In this document: piece by piece, positions 18,201-20,000 of the stretch
Layout of the letters: every line of letters begins with the position of its first letter
How positions within the stretch are numbered: the first letter of the stretch is position 1
From: an uncultured virus (IMG/VR IMGVR_UViG_3300009509_000019)
Lineage: Duplodnaviria; Heunggongvirae; Uroviricota; Caudoviricetes
Strand: one strand, 5' to 3'
Virus record (IMG/VR): IMGVR_UViG_3300009509_000019
Length of the DNA: 20,000 bases
Notes under the pieces: generated by a model
What the model was told of the DNA's origin: nothing
The model's database searches: none
Seen by the model: only the letters and a program-made list of their open reading frames with translations
Made by a program: the position numbers and the translations under genes

Positions 18201-20000
18201 AAGTATCGTAGGCTGTTTGAGGTAGCGTCGAAGTCGGCTGGCATGTTGACCAGTCCTCTGACCAGATACATCAAGGCCAAGCAAGCAGCCAGTGTGCTGG
18301 CACGAGAGTATGCTGAGCGTGCTCACAAAGCCTTGTTGAAAGCACAGAAACTTGACCGCAAGGTACGTAACAGGATGTACGCACTGATGCGTGATGCCAC
18401 TATGTATGAGGTGTGGCCACACGTTAGCCTGCGTGACGACCTGAACGCTCACCTGTGGGGCAAGCCGAACAAGAAGACCGGCGTCAGTAAGATAAGCGAG
18501 AAGCTCAAGGACGCTGCGATCAAGGCACGCAAGGAGTATGCAGCTCTGGCAGAAGAAAGCCCGGAAGCTGCGGCGCTGTTCTTGGAGATGGCAAGCCTGA
18601 CTAAAGAGATTCAGGATGCTAAGCGATCCAAGTCACTACGGTTGGTGGGTCAGACCCATGAGCTTGGCTCGGCTACCATCGAGAAGCTCGCCAGTGTCAA
18701 GACACTGAAAGACCTGCGCAAGATGTTCAAGGAAGCCTACGATGGCAAGGAGCTGATGGAGAAGGGCACGTACCCTGAGTCCATGGTTGCCAGTAAAGAG
18801 GAGAGCAAGGAAGACAAGAAAAAGAAGACTGAAGCTCGGGAGGAGTTCGATAAGATTCGTAGCATCGCCCGTGCTGCCGAAGCAATCATGACCAACACGG
18901 CTGTACGTGGGCCGTACTTCCCGCTGCGTAGATATGGACACATTGTTGTGGCCAGTACCGCTGAGTGGAATGAAAACAACGAGCCATACGTTTCGTTCCA
19001 TTCCAATAAGTGGGAAGCCAAACGTGTTCAAGCTGAACTGAAACGCAAGTTCAAGATGGACACCAAGCAGGCTACCAAGATTGAGTCCACGGCTCTGTCG
19101 CATGACATGGAATCTGTGGTATCTGAACTGAAGGCTCGCATCAAAGATGGTAGCGCAGGTATCCATGCTCGTATCGACACAGCCTTGCTTGAGGTGCTGG
19201 CAGAGAACACAGCGTACGCAAGCGCACTCAAACGCTACGGTGTTGATGGTGTCGCTGCTGATGATATGGGTCGCGCCTTTGAGGAGTATGTGTACGTAGC
19301 CAAGTACACGCTTGGTGACCTTGAGACTACGTATGAAATCTCTGAAGCCTTCAAAGACCTGCGCAAGTTGCAGAGCGCAACGGGTGAGGAGTCAGGACGG
19401 GTAGGAGAAACGGCCAAGCATCAGATCGGTATGGTGGTCAATGAGCTGGCTGAACAGAACAAAGAGGACAACCGTGATCGAGAGATGAGTGCTCTCGGTA
19501 AGGCTGTTGGCACCATCGGCTTCTTCAACTTCCTCGGTGCCCCCTCGTACTGGTTGCTCAACTCCACACAGACCTTGACTGTCACCCTGCCCTACATCAC
19601 AGGCAAGTGGGGCATCAAGAAGGGTCAGAATGCTTATCGTAAGGCTGTCAAGGTCATCTACAACGCAGCGAAGGGAGCCAAGAGCTACGAGGAATTCAAG
19701 AAGCGCCTGCCCCCTGATGCACTCAAGGTGGTGGAACGCATGGAAGATGAGAACATCATCCAGTCCACTATTGCGCACGAGTTCGGTGACATGCTTACTG
19801 GCTCCACGCTTACGAGGATGCTTGAAGACACCGGCATGTTCGGTAAGGCAGCCACAGGTGCGCTCAGGCTCATGGAGAAAGTCCCTGAGACTGTTGAGAA
19901 GTACAACCGTATCAGCACAGCACTGGCTATCTACAACCTGTCGGGCGGCAACATGGTTGAGGTTGCTGACGGTGTGCAGGCTACCCAGTTCAACTACGAT
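12231..20000 (+). CDS. Giant polyvalent internal virion protein (at least 2590 aa, 3'-truncated): SLT, glycine zipper, SAP-like, ART-like, zincin and PLxRFG-type regions
   Basis: Absent from the ORF track. ATG 12231 overlaps the upstream TGA (TGATG). Manual translation (MSVDPRQLDPNKFSW...VQATQFNYD) finds no in-frame stop up to 20000, and all listed motifs are in this frame. Confidence 0.93.
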   Translation, partial: MSVDPRQLDPNKFSWSSNDYAPDTPTAEPLQDLEAQLGDLTSDSERRAVYYSPAQKQYPDPPKGAIVIEDFDNKGGVLVTKDLETADYALAQQSAGRDMQEILGELTLAGSGKPNIPDDQALVVQKQTPDGAVQRESVVATPEEAAALQIEWGEGTVITGVPDAVKRREQLIQGAARDANLSAQLVANVMTQESGGHQYARSGAGAIGLMQLMEGTAEDLGVDPYDAEQNVKGGTRYLRQMLDKYDQDLDKALAAYNWGQGNLDKLLESKGEEWKAHLPEETANYVAKLGGGGIVGKQRAALVDPGEMYHPTRESMDKASRLAQAVLIPGLQDSPILREVDWETAPTGRQAGGTNVPVTRLDPNGFQWAEPLERAEPEDAYGWGHRNAWMRGWIRLGQMIDIAQGDVEEYTEGAEDLKKYGVSEEDQKRLEELQQSDGFWSALGYYIKNPSLAIQVVLESLPMSIAPLLGGAAGGTAGTAVGGPVGTVLGTMAGAGAGSFATEYLATWDEVMQEAGIDPTDPEQVKRAFSDPEIIERAREMGSKRGIGVAAFDALSMGIAGRIYKPLKGLAGPFQKTGAVLGGTSELVAQGAAGALGEASAQQLAGQEYDPAAVAGEFVGELVPGLGEIAINKMRGRDAAGNKPEDDTNLAARDVPEPEDTGAVPPTGEPPAPGAAPPNLSDIEKEAEDQKIEPPPESEQATTPTKPPETEAPVTQEEADIGAALKAAAEKEDAEETARLEAKEAEAATEEDWPIITIKDMGPKLSKTFAAQKEAGPVRKAWKGVVEAITTRYGDVDLPSPKGAFSGRGLAKFFKVLQEQVDVTKDIPELKELLTQISGEQTPADIIKVLDGLAGKIRDETPSLGATAVPGSVAAQVQSEYNSFVPWFNKHRGESKAKATKGRANIKGTPKRIFAEKLGQFTAAVRAMVLEAEKAGVIAMEGSGLAADYMQSLDAADRAMNDAMAPMEKKTKLKSGEAGKTLTINWRSDSLVGIAEDVIAIAENLTPKLAEAEQKAEKAKTAKGKAKVEKTSPVTEAPAKPKKAEAAKKVSKAKAEKKAAPEKPAAKSSEAKVIEAQKAVKKGMDVKSMLEPPATSKKKVEVEGEARSYNDLRKRAKELGLKTTGKKDELAARVQEAEKNPKAAAQKAKAIKEQAKETERQKKLVPKRYQGKKYFFHAVRNDEDIATIIKEGLRPGTNVSRIGGQALSGEGDTILVFEGKTDEKGYQDDQLAKGGERPIAIIKDTTLEEREGDTRTEDDVNAQATAVLDEIYALADEYGVSEKDGLSLALEYDPDMPTRPMAEIQAEGEAMGFTPAAVKKMKALGERFAEANKAIERFAVEEDVTTVEEKVTEADVLQRYRQYGVSVYSTKGTRVKPDVAGAHPDAVFNPEPKNLVGPESREAAKLVEAKNLDESLERAGVKKGTVKVLRGVKDVLTEEQFNGVVAAVYDFMKNKDMVRVAGMVQEAIGNSPVAPQIMEAVADMALAFDEAKSVREQELAEIKAEEEMLWDEDEREILGLTGQSFDVDDEGGVDEWGVGWDDRLRNFVNATLGEVNPDLSPAEAQRLKIDRRIMKGALDKIRDQLARITKSAENPNPESMSMQDLVKLMIKALPQNHRYTHLFKMIADSDLRDVQVTLTDNVFDLDEYGTSGGHFRKGVHPDGTVNPKDSTIEVLYDPENRPDNNFVRTLLHEMLHAVTTFAYNTDRYFRTHMDTLWYQAVRAYADTDPNFPMKEVDAKLNTDPSSAVAADIIESYFRNHEDKRLINTFYGLTKPEEMIAESFTNPYLQSFLAETPLKQEPGLQPSVFTRLSALKHNLKTLLDGFIRGIQKHLGISIRNSILEEVLLATTSNFDNFISYSFANRAFKVKTAILNQKIAELNNRLSVADKKMIQDAIDRDPALAHRLLERYLQLREEPKRVVEQTLRSATTPTKEEKKKVTPKSNVVNNVADAARGRNKYVRESLQSLAQALKELPERTNLGFMSRDQIERKYRRLFEVASKSAGMLTSPLTRYIKAKQAASVLAREYAERAHKALLKAQKLDRKVRNRMYALMRDATMYEVWPHVSLRDDLNAHLWGKPNKKTGVSKISEKLKDAAIKARKEYAALAEESPEAAALFLEMASLTKEIQDAKRSKSLRLVGQTHELGSATIEKLASVKTLKDLRKMFKEAYDGKELMEKGTYPESMVASKEESKEDKKKKTEAREEFDKIRSIARAAEAIMTNTAVRGPYFPLRRYGHIVVASTAEWNENNEPYVSFHSNKWEAKRVQAELKRKFKMDTKQATKIESTALSHDMESVVSELKARIKDGSAGIHARIDTALLEVLAENTAYASALKRYGVDGVAADDMGRAFEEYVYVAKYTLGDLETTYEISEAFKDLRKLQSATGEESGRVGETAKHQIGMVVNELAEQNKEDNRDREMSALGKAVGTIGFFNFLGAPSYWLLNSTQTLTVTLPYITGKWGIKKGQNAYRKAVKVIYNAAKGAKSYEEFKKRLPPDALKVVERMEDENIIQSTIAHEFGDMLTGSTLTRMLEDTGMFGKAATGALRLMEKVPETVEKYNRISTALAIYNLSGGNMVEVADGVQATQFNYD
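12741..13097 (+). other. Lytic transglycosylase (SLT, GH23-like) domain of the giant protein
   Basis: VMTQESGG (catalytic Glu codon 12807-12809, residue 193), GAIGLMQLM, QNVKGGTRYL, ALAAYNWGQGN and LPEETANYV give the full SLT motif set. Confidence 0.95.
15552..15644 (+). other. SAP / HeH-like DNA-binding motif of the giant protein
   Basis: SYNDLRKRAKELGLKTTGKKDELAARVQEAE fits the SAP pattern (L+..L+..GL...G.K.EL..RL). Confidence 0.72.
15750..15962 (+). other. Possible ADP-ribosyltransferase-fold (Tpt1/KptA- or PARP-like) domain of the giant protein
   Basis: YFFHAVRNDEDIATIIKEGLRPG resembles the strand-1 His plus I..I.+EGL.P signature, followed by TNVS and ILVFE strands. It has HAV rather than the usual HGT. 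Confidence 0.45.
17190..17606 (+). other. Zincin (HExxH) metallopeptidase domain of the giant protein
   Basis: TLLHEMLHAVT (His codons 17304 and 17316) and a downstream YGLTKPEEMIAESFTNPYLQSFL helix supplying a candidate third-ligand Glu. Confidence 0.88.
18909..20000 (+). other. PLxRFG-type C-terminal region of the giant protein (partial)
   Basis: GPYFPLRRYG at 18909-18938, then FLGAPSYWLLNSTQT, VEKYNRISTALAIY and TQFNY. I recall these motifs from PLxRFG-domain large phage proteins. Confidence 0.75.

Larger units (their letters stand above)
1..20000 (+). mobile_element. Tailed bacteriophage (probable podovirus) or prophage tail and ejectosome gene module
   Basis: All credible genes are on the + strand with overlapping stop/start codons. 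Order is nozzle-like gene, fibres, GNAT, internal virion proteins, giant SLT-containing protein, as in podovirus late operons. No tape-measure or tail-tube genes and no host housekeeping genes are seen. No integrase or att site is visible, so free phage versus prophage cannot be decided. Confidence 0.93.

Noticed and set aside
19767..19793. Second zincin motif (TIAHEFGD)
   Set aside because: It reads HExxD rather than HExxH and lies within the helical PLxRFG-type region.
12466..19918. Many minus-strand and alternative-frame ORFs, e.g. 13983-14903 (306 aa) and 15198-16379 (393 aa)
   Set aside because: They are shadows of the giant + strand ORF with no recognisable motifs. Their L/F/S-rich content mirrors the K/E codons of the sense strand.
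12231..20000. Virion RNA polymerase (N4- or crAss-type) or DarB-like methylase/helicase
   Set aside because: No DxDxD polymerase motif, NPP[YF], Walker A or DExH motif was noticed in the visible 2590 aa. The unseen C-terminus cannot be assessed.
1..20000. CRISPR arrays, tRNA/rRNA genes, intrinsic terminators, alternative genetic code
   Set aside because: There is essentially no intergenic space and no spaced repeat array. TAA, TAG and TGA all act as stops at coupled gene junctions.

Overview
The whole window is a gene-dense, plus-strand late-gene block from a tailed phage or prophage, most likely a podovirus of a Gram-negative host. The order is: partial membrane/coiled-coil gene, small structural protein, 639-aa putative tail nozzle, three consecutive tail-fibre genes, two paralogous ~150-aa beta-rich proteins, sulfotransferase, 2OG-Fe(II) oxygenase, small Cys-rich lipoprotein, GNAT-fold protein, two internal-virion (ejection-type) proteins, and a giant ORF. 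The giant ORF starts at ATG 12231 and is still open at 20000 (at least 2590 codons). The supplied ORF track misses it because its stop lies outside the window. Translated by hand, it carries a lytic transglycosylase (SLT), a glycine-zipper segment, a histone-H1-like K/A/P tract with a SAP-like motif, a possible ADP-ribosyltransferase-fold domain, a HExxH zincin metallopeptidase and a PLxRFG-type region. The best leads are this polyvalent ejected protein, a chained and possibly branched tail fibre built from repeated DGGxF-stop/MANTIxxKRS junctions with two paralogous tip proteins, and a sulfotransferase plus oxygenase cassette coupled to the fibre operon. All family assignments come from motif recognition by eye; no searches were run.
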